A stretch of DNA of 64,000 bases from Klebsormidium nitens (lineage: Eukaryota; Plantae; Klebsormidiophyceae): assembly GCA_000708835.1 (NCBI GenBank), contig DF237141.1:62001-126000 (forward strand), written 5' to 3'. This document shows, piece after piece, positions 37,601 to 49,600 of this stretch (the stretch's first letter is position 1; each line of letters opens with the position of its first letter). Under the pieces are notes generated by a model. It searched no databases, was not told the origin of the DNA, and worked only from the letters and a program-made list of their open reading frames with translations. A program made the position numbers and the translations under genes.

Positions 37601-40600
37601 AGTAGCCCTTGAGAAGGAGGGAAGGAATGCTCGCCTGCGCCTCAGCGTGCTTGGCGCGCAGCGGCCGCCCGACGAGCATGTTGAGCAGCGGCCCGTGCAG
37701 CGGCTCCAACAGTTCGGACACTTCCGTGCCCCATCGCTTCGCCAGGAACCCCAGGCAAGTTTGGACGTTCTTCCGGACGTTCTGACTCGCCGCCGGGTTG
37801 AAGAGCTCCGCGGCTAACACTTCGACGACGCCCTGGAAGCTCTGCTTGTCTTGGGCGTCGGAAGTGGAGGCGTCAACGGCAGGGTTGACCACCCTGTGAA
37901 AAAGAGGTTAGGAGGGGTTAGGGGTTGTGGTTATGTGGATTTAGGGTTTTGAAGTGCCGGGAATTGGGGGTTGAGGAGCTCCGGGGTAAGAACCTCAAAG
38001 AGGCTTTAAAAGCTCTGCTTGTCCTGGGCGTCGGAAGTGGACGCAGGGCTACCCACCCTGTGAAACAGAGATTATATCGGGTTAGGAAAGATGGGTTTAG
38101 ACGATTTGAACGAGCTTTTGGACGTTCTTCCGGACGTTCTGGCTTGCGGCTGGGTTGAAGAGCTCCGCGGTAGAACCTTCGACGACGCCCTGGAAGCTCT
38201 TCTTGTCTTGGGCGTCGGAGGTGGAGGCATCGACTGCGGGATTGACAACCCTGTAAGAAGAAGGTCGAAAGTGTCGGGGATAGAGTGTTTACAAAACGAA
38301 ACATTTGAATCTCTAGGCTGGTAAGAGCTCCGTCAGTCTGAAAGCAGATTTTATCCTGAGCATCGGATTTGGCAGCGCAAACAGAGGGGCAACTGCCCAA
38401 TGCAGAATTGCGTTCCAATCATCGTACAATAGGCTATTGGGGACTTTCGGGAAAGAACTCGATGGCGAGGTATCTCTTATTCACTTCTATCGGCTTGAAC
38501 GGAGCTTTCCGGCCAGACGCAATGGAGTAACAGCAGTGTCCAGCGTCTTTCGCGATCGCCAACCAAACGATAAGTCTTCAGCGGCCGCCTAGGGTGAGGG
38601 CGAGAAGCACGAGCACGCCCCCACCTGAGGACCTGCGTGAGCACGAGGCTGGTCTCCTCCTGCTCCTTGTTCGCAGTCACCGGCAGCTGCTTGAGCACGT
38701 ACAGCAGCGCGCGCACCGTCTTCACCTGGAACTGGCACAGCGTGTCCACCGGGGCCTTGCCCACCAGCGCGCCGATGCCCTGTACGATAAGCTTTCACGT
38801 GTTCCGCAAGTTTCCATGATCCTTCAAGGGTTTTGCGGTGTTCGGCGTCTCTGTAGACAGATTATAGGGGCAGGTCGGCCTGCCACACCGTGTTCACCGG
38901 CCCCTTGACCACCAAAGCGCATAGCTTCTAAAACTTTCAGCACGGAAGGTTCCTTGATTGCCAAATATCTTGATTTGACCACGACAAAGACACACAATGT
39001 CCACAGGATGCTTGCTCATCAGCAAACTGGATATCCTGTATGCAGGAGACCTTTTATTTGCAGGCTCCAGAGTTCCAATCCTCAACTAAAGCTGAGCAAA
39101 GATATCCGAGAACTGGGCTTTACACCCTTCTCTTGTAAGCGAACTTGAAACGGAACGCTCGATAGGCTACGCAGATGATGTTAACATGTCGTCAGCGTCG
39201 TTCTCCTAGGGGAAAATCAACAAACATTAAGCCAGCAAGTAGCTGAGAAAAGGAACGGTTATGATAGACGCACCTGCACGCCGCCCATCTGCGACTGCCA
39301 CGTGCCCCCGTAGCAGCAGTGCAGGAGCCGCGGGATGAGGTGCTCGAACACCGGGATCTTGACGGTGGCCGGGGGCGACACAACCGGGTTGACCGACGGG
39401 CTAGAAACGATCATGGGAGTACTCGGGAGAGACGCCTTCTGGGGACTGATGCCGCTGCGCTTCACCTTGGCCAGCAGGAGGAGCGTCTCGCAGAAGACGT
39501 GCAGGCCTTGCAGGGCGGCCTACGCAAGGGGGGAGAGAGAAGAGGGACGTCAGCGGATCGTTTAATGGCGTCAGCACTTTGGTTTTGGACTTTTTAGGAG
39601 CTAAGCTGATGCCGCTGTGTTTCATTTTGGGCCAGCAGCACGAGCGTCTCGCAGAACACGTGCAGGCCTTGCAGGGCGGCCTGCGTGAGAAGGGGAATGG
39701 AGCCTGACGTCAGCGTTAGTTCAACGGCGTCAGGACTTTGAAATTGGTCTGCGGGGACGTCAAGCTGGTTCTGTGAGTTCACCTTGGCCAGCAGCAAGAG
39801 CGCTTCACAAAAGACGTGCAGGCCTTGCAGGGCGGCCTGTGCAAAGCAGGGAGGGAAGAGTGACTTCAGCGAACAGTATGATAACGCTAGAGTTTTGAAA
39901 GCGGTACGTGAAGACGTCTAGTCAAACTTCCTGCGTTCAGCACTGGCCAGCAGGAGGAGCGCTTTGCAGAAGACGTGCAGGCCTTGCAGGCGGCCTGAAA
40001 AGGACGACAAAGGGATGGATTCAGCAAAAGAACGGTGATATTCAGGAGACGACTGCAATTTTCAGCAGACCGATGGCGAGGGCGTTATATTGGCAAGAAG
40101 GGAGCTGGGGCAAAAAAGACACGATTGATGCGTTGAATGGACACCGGTCATTTGCGCGTGCATTTGCCGGCCCCTTTCGCTACAGCTCTCAAGAGGCTCG
40201 CAAAGTTTGAAGGGACATAGCGCTGTCAAGGTTAGTGTGCTACTACCCGCAGGTACGAAGGCTATTGGGACATCAGCAAACACACGTCCCCGTCCCTTCC
40301 ACGGCTGTTACCAGAAACTTGCTTTGCACGCGCGAAGATCCATAAACCCGCTGTTTCAAAGATCATAGAAGCTACACTTTAAAATCGCCCACCTTGGCCT
40401 GCTCCCGGTTCTCGTCCGCCAGCACTGCCACGAGCGCATCCAAGAAAAGTACCGGGTCTAGTTCCTTCAGATTCGCCGACGCCATGATACTCTGCGCCGC
40501 GGGCCCCAGCCCCTCCTGCTTCGCGCCCCTCTTTCCCGGCGGGGGGGCCGCAGAGGGCATCTCCCTAGGGGCGCCCCGCCCCCCTGGAGGAGAAGGGGGC

Positions 40601-43600
40601 TCCGCGGTGAAGAGCATCGCGAAGTGGCGGCAGAGATTGGCGACGAACTCGTCGTCCGGATCGGAGAGATCGGGTTCTGCGCTTGCGGCAATGACGGCCA
40701 TCAGGAGCTGCTTGAAGACGGTGCGCTCCGCGAGCAGCTGCGTCTTCGTCTTGACGCCCAAGTCCACCTGGAGTAAGAAAGAGTTTTAGTTTGTCCGGAT
40801 AACCTTTGTGGGTTTTGTCGGCCCCCTAACTAACGTCCTTCTTCTCCTTTCTCCTTGGTTACTCTGCTCCTGAATTCAGAGCTCATGACGACGGTGCACT
40901 CAGCGAGCAGCTTGGTCTTGACGCCCAGATCCACCTAGGGCACAAAAACAGTTGTGCACATTCTTCCTCCCTCAAAATGGCTCTCCGCTCCTAAGGACCA
41001 AGTCTGTCCTCTCGTGTCCTGTGTCCCCAATCATTCTGTCTCTCTCCTTAAATATTTCCTATCTTGCTCATTCTTTTGACTGGAAGAGGAAACTCAAAGA
41101 CGTCCTCCTGGGGAAGGAAGACAGATCCTTCACCAGAAAGCTTCACCGAACCATCCACAGTTATGACCGTCAAAAGATCCTGTGCAATTTCAAGTGCTAA
41201 GAGCAAACAACCGACGAGCCGCGTCCACTCTAGTCGGTTGATTGAAGGGATCCCCCACCTTGAGCTGTTCCTTCTCCGGCCGCCTCAGTGCAGGATCCAC
41301 GTGCGTAAGCAGGACGCCGCTCAATTGACCGATGCCCACCCCCTCGCCGCCGATGTTGCCGTTCAGGTTCGCGACGCCCCCAAGGCACACCTTCAGAAAC
41401 GTGAGCGCCGACTTGCGGCAGTGCAGCTCCATCCCTGGCAGAGAGGACGGAAGCAGATAAGCTTAGGCAGACGCTAATGTAGGAGCTGCGAGTCCCCAAT
41501 GGTTAGAGCTCGATGTACGAGGCAGGGATTCTAGATACAAGAATGGTCAAAGTAGACTCCTCAAAGTCGCAGAAGCGGTCCCATAGGCTATAACTTTCTC
41601 GCTCCCTTGTACTGGGTTCCTGATACAAACCAAGAGTAGCGGTCAGAGTAGTCCTGGTAAGTAAGGGCAGGCTGCGCAGGGTGGGCCGAGACCCAACGCC
41701 CAAAAAGGAGAAAATGCCGGACTGCTGGGATGGAAGCCGGATGCACACGCGGATTGTAGGCTTCACAATAAGGAGCGCTCGCAGAAAAAAGGATTGTTTT
41801 AACAACCCAGTGATCACCTGGCGGCAGGTGCTGGACGGCGAATGCTTCACAAAAAGTGGATACAACGATACTCATATACTTCAAGTAGGATAGTTTCTAG
41901 GTGCTATAGTAACAGTCTTCAAGGGTGAACAAAAGTACAAACCTAAACCGAGAAATGTCCCCGCTCCGCAACCATACCCACCCGAATCCCAAATGGCAAC
42001 CTCACCCGTTCCCCGGGCCACGACCATATTCTTCCTAGAATTATCCTACCTATACTACAGGTTTGAGATATAATGGTCACCTGGCGATTGCAGGCGGACG
42101 CAGAACAAATACTTTCAAAGAACTACAGAAGCTTACCTGGCGGGGGACTCTGGACCGCGGTCCGCGCAAGGTGGATGCAGCGGTCGAGCGGAACCAGGAA
42201 CGAGGTTTGCGTCTCAAAGGTGAGGATCATCCGCAGGCCGTGCTCCGGGTTCTCCTTGTACTCCAGCTCGAGCATCTCCTTCAGGAAGCGTCGGTTGCGG
42301 CCGCCCAGCTTGCCAAGCAGCTGCCAAGAAATGCAAGAAACTTTAATAATGAATTATTCTGCTTTTTCCTTCTGTGCTCTTTCTTGTATTTCCCTGTCTT
42401 CTTAGACAGGGATCAATTCTTCTATTGTCTTAGTCTTGCCCTCGTTGCCCACAAAAGGTGGCCATCAGTCACTACAGACTGGCTAGGCGATGAAAGAGTC
42501 AGCTCGAGACCGTTCTCCACAACGGGCTTCCTCAGGGAAAGAATCTGATTGTGCGTCCATTTGAGTCGATGGATGATTTGCCGTCTGATGCCTTCAGAGC
42601 ATTGCAGACAGCATGATGTTCGAGTAGCTGGCTTCCTCTTGAAAAGATGTTTCCTTCTTCGCCTAAAAGCTTCGGCTTCGTACCACAAACCATCGTTTCC
42701 GGCAGCAGCTTTACACCAACAAGCGTGCGAAAGAGAAAAACGGACGTCCAGTCAGCAAAAAAAAGGAGACTCCGACTCCGTGCCAGACTCACCTGGAGGC
42801 TTTTCGCACCGAACGGGTACGGCTTCGGCCGCAGGTGCCCCCACAGGGTGAGAATAAGCTCCGTCATGACGCTCGCCATGCTGGGCTCCAGGAACTCCGG
42901 GTTAAGACTATCCACCCAAAACTCGAGCGTCCGTAACCCGAGCGCAACGAGGTCATCGCTCCCCTTCAGCGCCAGGACGAGCGGTTTCATTAACCGGGGC
43001 AGGTGCGGTAGCAGCGCGCTTAACCGCGCCGGCAGGGTTAGGCATAACTCGACGAGTAGGTCCCGCATATCCTGACCGCTCGGACCGTCGAGCATCGACA
43101 GGAGCGCGTTGAGACAGGGTTGCAGGGTGCCGATAAACTCTTGGTAGAGAGCCGCAAACTTTCCGCCGGAAAGTGCACGGAACATGATCCGGAGGAGCTG
43201 CATGTAACCGATGGGTTTGTCTAACTCCGTAGCGTTCTTCATGCAGGTTTCCATCAGGGTGAGCACGTGGGGGCGCATGACGGACTCGCATTCCGCCGGA
43301 TACTTGGCCACAGCGGAAAAGAGCAGCCGGAGCAGCTGTAAGAGCAGCTTCGCTTGCGGCAGGTCGGGCTGTTTCAGGAGGTCCAGCTTGTTGGTCACGA
43401 GGTAGTGCGCGAGGACGTCGGCGAACGTGCGGCTGATCTGGGCGTTCTGGAGGAGCGCTGCGAAGACGGTGACCAGCTGGATGGAGTCGACCATCACGTC
43501 AAAGAGCCTGTGAAAGATCGGAAGAGGGGTCAGAGTAGGTTAAAACCGGGGGTGAAAAGTAGATACGGACGACAGCGTTGTATGTTACGACGAGTGTAGC

Positions 43601-46600
43601 AAAGACAGTGACCATCTGGATGGAATCGACCATCACATCGAGCAGCCTGTGGGGAATGGGATCTCGAATTGGAGAAGTGGGTAATGGGATGGTTTTAGAG
43701 TCAGGTAACGGAACAGTGTTAGGATGGAGGATGGAGGAGCGAAGGACGGAGGAGGTTCGCAGAAACGGAGACCAGCTGGATCGAACGGAACATCGGGTCG
43801 AAGGGCCTGGCAGGAGTGGGAAAGCTGGAATCAAACATTGGGTTTAGAAGCGGGTTAAGGCGAAAAGGAGAGGAGGTTACGATCCGCGATTTGGAGGAGA
43901 GCAGTCAAGACGGAGACCAGTAGCATGAAGTCGACCATCACGTCGAACAAAGTGTAGCGCACATTGTTTCACCAAAACACTTGGTAACGACACTGAATGG
44001 ATAACTCAAGGCGGCCGGGAATCAAGCAACGGAAAACGGACTTGATGGGAGGAGATTTGACTGGGACCCATGTGATCAAAGTAGGCTCCATGAAGGGACG
44101 CAATATAAATGGCCGATCGAAACGACACACAGCCATAACATTTCCAAGCAGAGACAGTGACAGTTCCTCCCTTTGCTAGAAGAGTACGCTCGGGCCGGTA
44201 AGCTGGAGACAGTTTAACTTTTCTGAGGCATCTGGTCCGACAATAGAAACTCACTGGTAGGGACGTGCTCTACCTGTCGCCTCGCTTGAAGTCATTATGT
44301 AGGAAAACGCTGGACAAAGATGAGTAACCCGAGCGGCAGAGACAGGGGACACTGGGAAAGGGATGTAAACGTCGTGGAGCGTATTCCCACCTGGGCATGC
44401 ACATGCTGAACAGGTCCATGAAGTTGCGCTCCGCCATGACTGAGAACACGCCCGCGAAGTGCAGCAGGTTCTCCTCCTCGTTCTTCTCCTTGAACAGCGC
44501 CAGGCAGTAGACGCCGCTCTTCAGCAAACCCGCGATCAGCCGCACTTCGTCTTCGCGCATTCCTTTCGGCCCGTTGGGGTTCATTTGCGGCGGCCCCGGA
44601 CCGATCTGCTGCGGCTGCGCGGTGCGATTGAAGTTGGTGATGCTCCAGAGAAGGGTCTTCATGCCTGCAAGAGAAGGAAAGATGAGAAATATAGCGTTTT
44701 GCTCTTTTACGGCTTGATTACATCTAGACCTTTCGGGCGTCCGAGAATTTGGAGCTGGTGATGGTTCATTAAAGGGTCTTCATGTCTGTGCGAGAAAACA
44801 GCAGAAAGGGAGTCGAATGAATAGCTCGCAGGGATTTTGAAGTTCCGCTTTGAAGAATGTAGGACAAAAGTGATCCGGAATGTCGAAGCTGGGGCGCTTC
44901 AAAGCAGCTCTTCATGCTGGCAAGAAGTCCTGGTGGTTGCAGCAGCAGTCCGTAAATCGATTTGTGCTCTGCTTTTGCGCTTTTGCGAGTTCGGGGATCT
45001 GGAGATTTCAAGGCTTTTGGCGCTGGAAGGGTAGCGATAAACCAGAGAAGGGACTTTGTGCGTGGAACAAGAAAGCTCGGGTAAAGATCACAATCTTCGG
45101 GCAACAGGTTAAGAGGCTCAGGAGCATCTCTGCAGATCGAAACTCTCTGTGACCAATGTCACTTAAGACATGAGGAGACAGGAAAGATGAGACTGCAAAA
45201 GCTCCGCAAGTCTTGTGGACAATGGCAAGTGAATCAAATCTTCCACTGGCAAGAGAGATGACTACACAAAAATAAAAGCTCCGGATTGCGATGCATCGAA
45301 ATGTCGACTTTATTCTGCGTCCGTAAGTGGAGAATGTTGATCAACCTGTTCTGAAAGACCTGAGTATCATCCACGAAATCTCTCGCACTTGGTCAACAAG
45401 CTCAACGTTCCGAAGCAGACGAACAAAGCTATGCACAGGAGAGACCAGAACAATACCTCCACTTTCTTGCGCTGAACCTTCCCAGAAAAACAAATGCGCA
45501 TCTTCCTCGCTACACGCACCTTGGATCAGCGTCCGGGTGAGGTACTTGCAGTCCGCAAGCTCTTTCGCGTGCTCCATCGGTGTGATCAGATTCAGCGCCG
45601 CCTTCTGCACCGGCAGCTCCAGCCGCGACCGCAGCGTCGGCTTTTCCTCCCCCTCTGCGTCGCTATCTTTGAGAACCTCTTCCGGTTTCTCCGGGCCGCC
45701 TTTTTTGCTGCCCGGTGGGGGTAACAGATAGGGGATCGCCCGCCGGAGCGTCCCGAACTTGCTGACGAAGCAGTCGAGGATGCGCCGCAGCAGTTGGCGG
45801 CCCTCCTCCTTGTTGCGCTCGTCCATCCGACGACTGAAGATCGTCTCCACCTGCAAGGGAATAATTCTAGACCGCTGATTTTCCGAACAATACCACGTCT
45901 CCTCGCATGCCTCTTTCTTTCTCGTTTTCCTATCGCGCGTGTCCATCCGACGTCTGCAAAACATATACACCGGCGACGAATGTATCCTAGACCGTTGAGT
46001 TCTGCCTTGCTGGAGAAAGCGGCAGCGATCAACTGTCACATTCTCGAAAAAGATGTCGATGACACTCCTATTTCTGACAACTTACACTGAATTGAACCGG
46101 TCTCACTTGGTTCGCTCGGTTCTAGTCGCTTGTCAGATTGAGCATGGTGTGCACGGAGTTCCTTTAAACGACGAGCGGCAGCATGAGGTACATGTTCCCA
46201 ATCACGAAGAGCCCGATTGTCCGTCCTCTGACAAATTACCGCACCAAAGTTCCCACGTCCTTCTACTCGAAACGAAACGTCCTAACACCAGCTTGAGCAT
46301 GAGCCAAACGCACGTCGTTTGCACCGAGAGCGGGCAGCAGGCGATCATGCACGTTTTTGAAAGAAGAGGCAGCTAACACTTGCCAAAAGTGATATTCTGT
46401 TGAAAGTATCCAGGCATTTCCGCTCGAAACGAAACGCCTTACCAGATTCAGCATGAGCCGCACGCACGTCGTCTGCACCGACAGCGGCAGCGAGTGGTCG
46501 TGCACGTTCTTGGAGAAGAGGTAGATGATGCGGCTCAGCTGCTGCAGGCTCAGGTCGATGCGCACATGGTGGATCAACTCCGCCAACAGACTGTACGCCA

Positions 46601-49600
46601 GCGGGCGGAGCGTCTCGTAGCAAGACCGCCCAGTGCCCACCAGCACCCTGCACCAAAGTGGGGAAAGGTTTTAAGGGTTAAAGATTGGGTTAGCTAAGGC
46701 TTAGGTCGATGCGCACGTGGTGAATCAGCTCCGCCAGCAAACTGTATGCCAACGGGCACAGCGTCTCGTAGCACGACCGCCCAGTGCCATTCAGCACTCT
46801 GCACGAAATTGAAGTTGGAGTTTCTTTTACATTCTTAACATTCTGATTTTCGCTTATTGCAGGAGTAGAATGAAGCGCGTGTTGCGGAACTGATTTCGCC
46901 AGTAAAGTGTACACAGGCGAGCGCAGGGTCTCGTAGCACGACCGCCCACTCTGCACCGACTGAGAACGAAATTTTAGGCTCGCGAACTTTGAGGTTGCAT
47001 AGGAACCGGGAGATGTTCACGGGAGGCTCTCAGTGCACACATGGTGGATGAGCTCCGCTGGCAAACTGTATGCCTGCGGACGCCGAGTCTCTCATGACGA
47101 CCGATGGCCACCGAAAGCATACGCAAAAATCGGACTCTAGGCTCCGAATATCGAGCCTATACGGCGTTTGTATGCCACACACTGGAAGGTCAGGTCGATG
47201 GGCACGCGGTGCATCAGCTGAGCCAGCATAGAGAAGGCCAGCGGGCGGACCGTCTCATAGCCTGACTTGCGGACAGCACGGAAGTCATTTCCATGCTAGG
47301 CTGCGGGCATCAAGTAAATCGCCCAATTCGTAGCCGCTGCTTTTAGAACCTTTTCTACAGAGGAAGTTCTCCTTGCCTCTCGTCCAGTAGGATGTCGATG
47401 TGCGTGAAGAAGCCCTTGCGAAAGTCGGTCGCAAGCACGTGCCTCGTCGCAACCAGCAGCTCCTGCAAACATAACGACACCTTGTGAACCCGCAAAGAAA
47501 CGCACCAGGTTGACGATCCGACCGCCGGTCGTCAAGAGGAGAAGGATTCCAAAAACGGCAAGTCCTCGACGGCTGAGAGTTTGGTTTTGAGTGGCTGTAT
47601 AGAAAGGTTATTGTGTCCGGGATCTCAACCTTCTTTCTTCGCCCGCTGGATTCAATCATCAAGGATTTCAAAGCTCAATCTAAAAACGCAATTTCGCACG
47701 CAAGAAAGATTGCAATCATTGCGTACTGAGAAGCGAAGAGCCCACCTTGCGCGTGGCGATGGAGTCGGGGCACGTGACGAGCAGGTTGACGATGCTCTTG
47801 GACACGTTCTCCGTGTACGGCCGGATGTCGTCCGAGAAGCTCCGCAGCAGGTACGTCATGAAGGACACCGTCTGCACAAGAGAAGATCTCAAGTAGTCCC
47901 ACAAAGGTTGACCACGGAAGTGAGAAGCTAAGAATTGAACCGGGCCCTTTTCAAAACTCCTGCTGGCAAGCTTGACCATTTCAATCATGTTCGCGTGCAC
48001 AGGTCAAGGGACGCCCAACAGACTGGATCTCAGCGCTGCCTTTCGTTTCAATCTGTTTTTCCTTTGCGACTGCTTGTTGAGGATCTTTGAAACTTCAACG
48101 TTCTCTAACCTATTGTAATACATTGATGTAAAACAACCGACAACCAAGTCCTCCGACGAGCTTGGCTGAAAGATTGTGTCGGGCTTACTAGACACAACGG
48201 CCGAAAGCCGCCCTCCATTGCCTGTACTCCTTCCAAACTTCCAAACACAGGCACTGGTAAGTTCCATCTTGTCAAAAGCTCGACTCCGTAAACCCTCGAA
48301 ATTGGAAAACCGCAGCCTTCTTTACCTTGACCTGCGCCGCCTTGAGGTCGCTGAACGTCTGCTTCAGGTGGGGGGGCACGTTGTTCGGCCCGGGGATCGA
48401 GATCGTGGTCACCATAAGCGGGAGGAGCGTCGGGATATTCACACCCAGGAACCGGGGGTAAAGTTGGAACAGAAACATCACGATCAGGGGGCATTCCGTG
48501 ACCACTTTGAAGGAGCGGACGCTGGGGTTTAGCTGCCCCAGAGGGGGGCCACGCGGGCTGGAGGGGACCCCCCCAGGGGCGTCGGGGCCGGCGCCGTCTT
48601 GAAAGAAGTAGAGGACGGTCTCCTTGAAGTTTTGGTAGATCTGCGAAGTGGGAGGGGGGAACGGTCTGAATACTTCGTTAACGGCAGTGCCGCGACCAGA
48701 TTCATCCAATAAAGAGAGACTCTGCTCTCATGTTGGAGCAGAGTGAAAGCAAGAAAGGACCATTCTTTCAACGACTGCTGCAAGAACGGAGGCGATGAGG
48801 ACGTCATCTGAAGCTCGACAGCGTCAGGTTCTCAACGGCCAAGATCGTTGAAGGTTCAACCAGTGCAACTGCATCCATCTTGCGAAGGCACCCGACAGCT
48901 CGCTTGTCAACCGTAACCTTAATAACTGCGCCTCTTCTTTTTTCCCCTTCCTTTCCTCGGCCCTTCCGAAGCTTGTTCAGTCATATATACCCATACTCTA
49001 ACGTCGCTTGACTAATTCGTTAAATGTGGAACGGGTTTTGAGGTCACTTTCACCAGCTCCTCACCTTGACCACGAAGTCCAAGAACGGCTGCACTTCGTC
49101 CTCCAGGTTCGGCCGGTAGTTCTTGTGCAAGTCGAAGATGATCCGCAGCGCAATCAGTGCGTTCTCCTCGTTGTCGGTAGCCGCCACGTGCATGCTCAGC
49201 TTCATAAGGTCTACCACGTACGGCTTGAGCGTTTCGCTGTGCGGCATGCGGTTCAGCACCTCGAGAATGATGTTGCGCACCTTGTGCTCGACGGTGTCTG
49301 TTGCCTGGGTTAGTAAAAGCTGGGTTAAATATCCAGTGCCACAAAATCAGCTATCAACCAGGACGGTTAACTTCGAATTTGATCCGATTAAGGTCTACTA
49401 CGTACGGCTTGAGCGTCTCGCTGTGCGGCATGCGGTTTAGCACCTCCAGAATGATGTTGCGCACCTTGTTGCTCAACCGTGTCCGTCGCCTGGGTTAACA
49501 AAGACAGGTTACGTCTCTAGTTCGGGGAATTGAGCTTTCGACCGGGACGGTTTACTTTGATTTGGATCCGATTAAGATCTACCACATACGGCTTGAGGGT

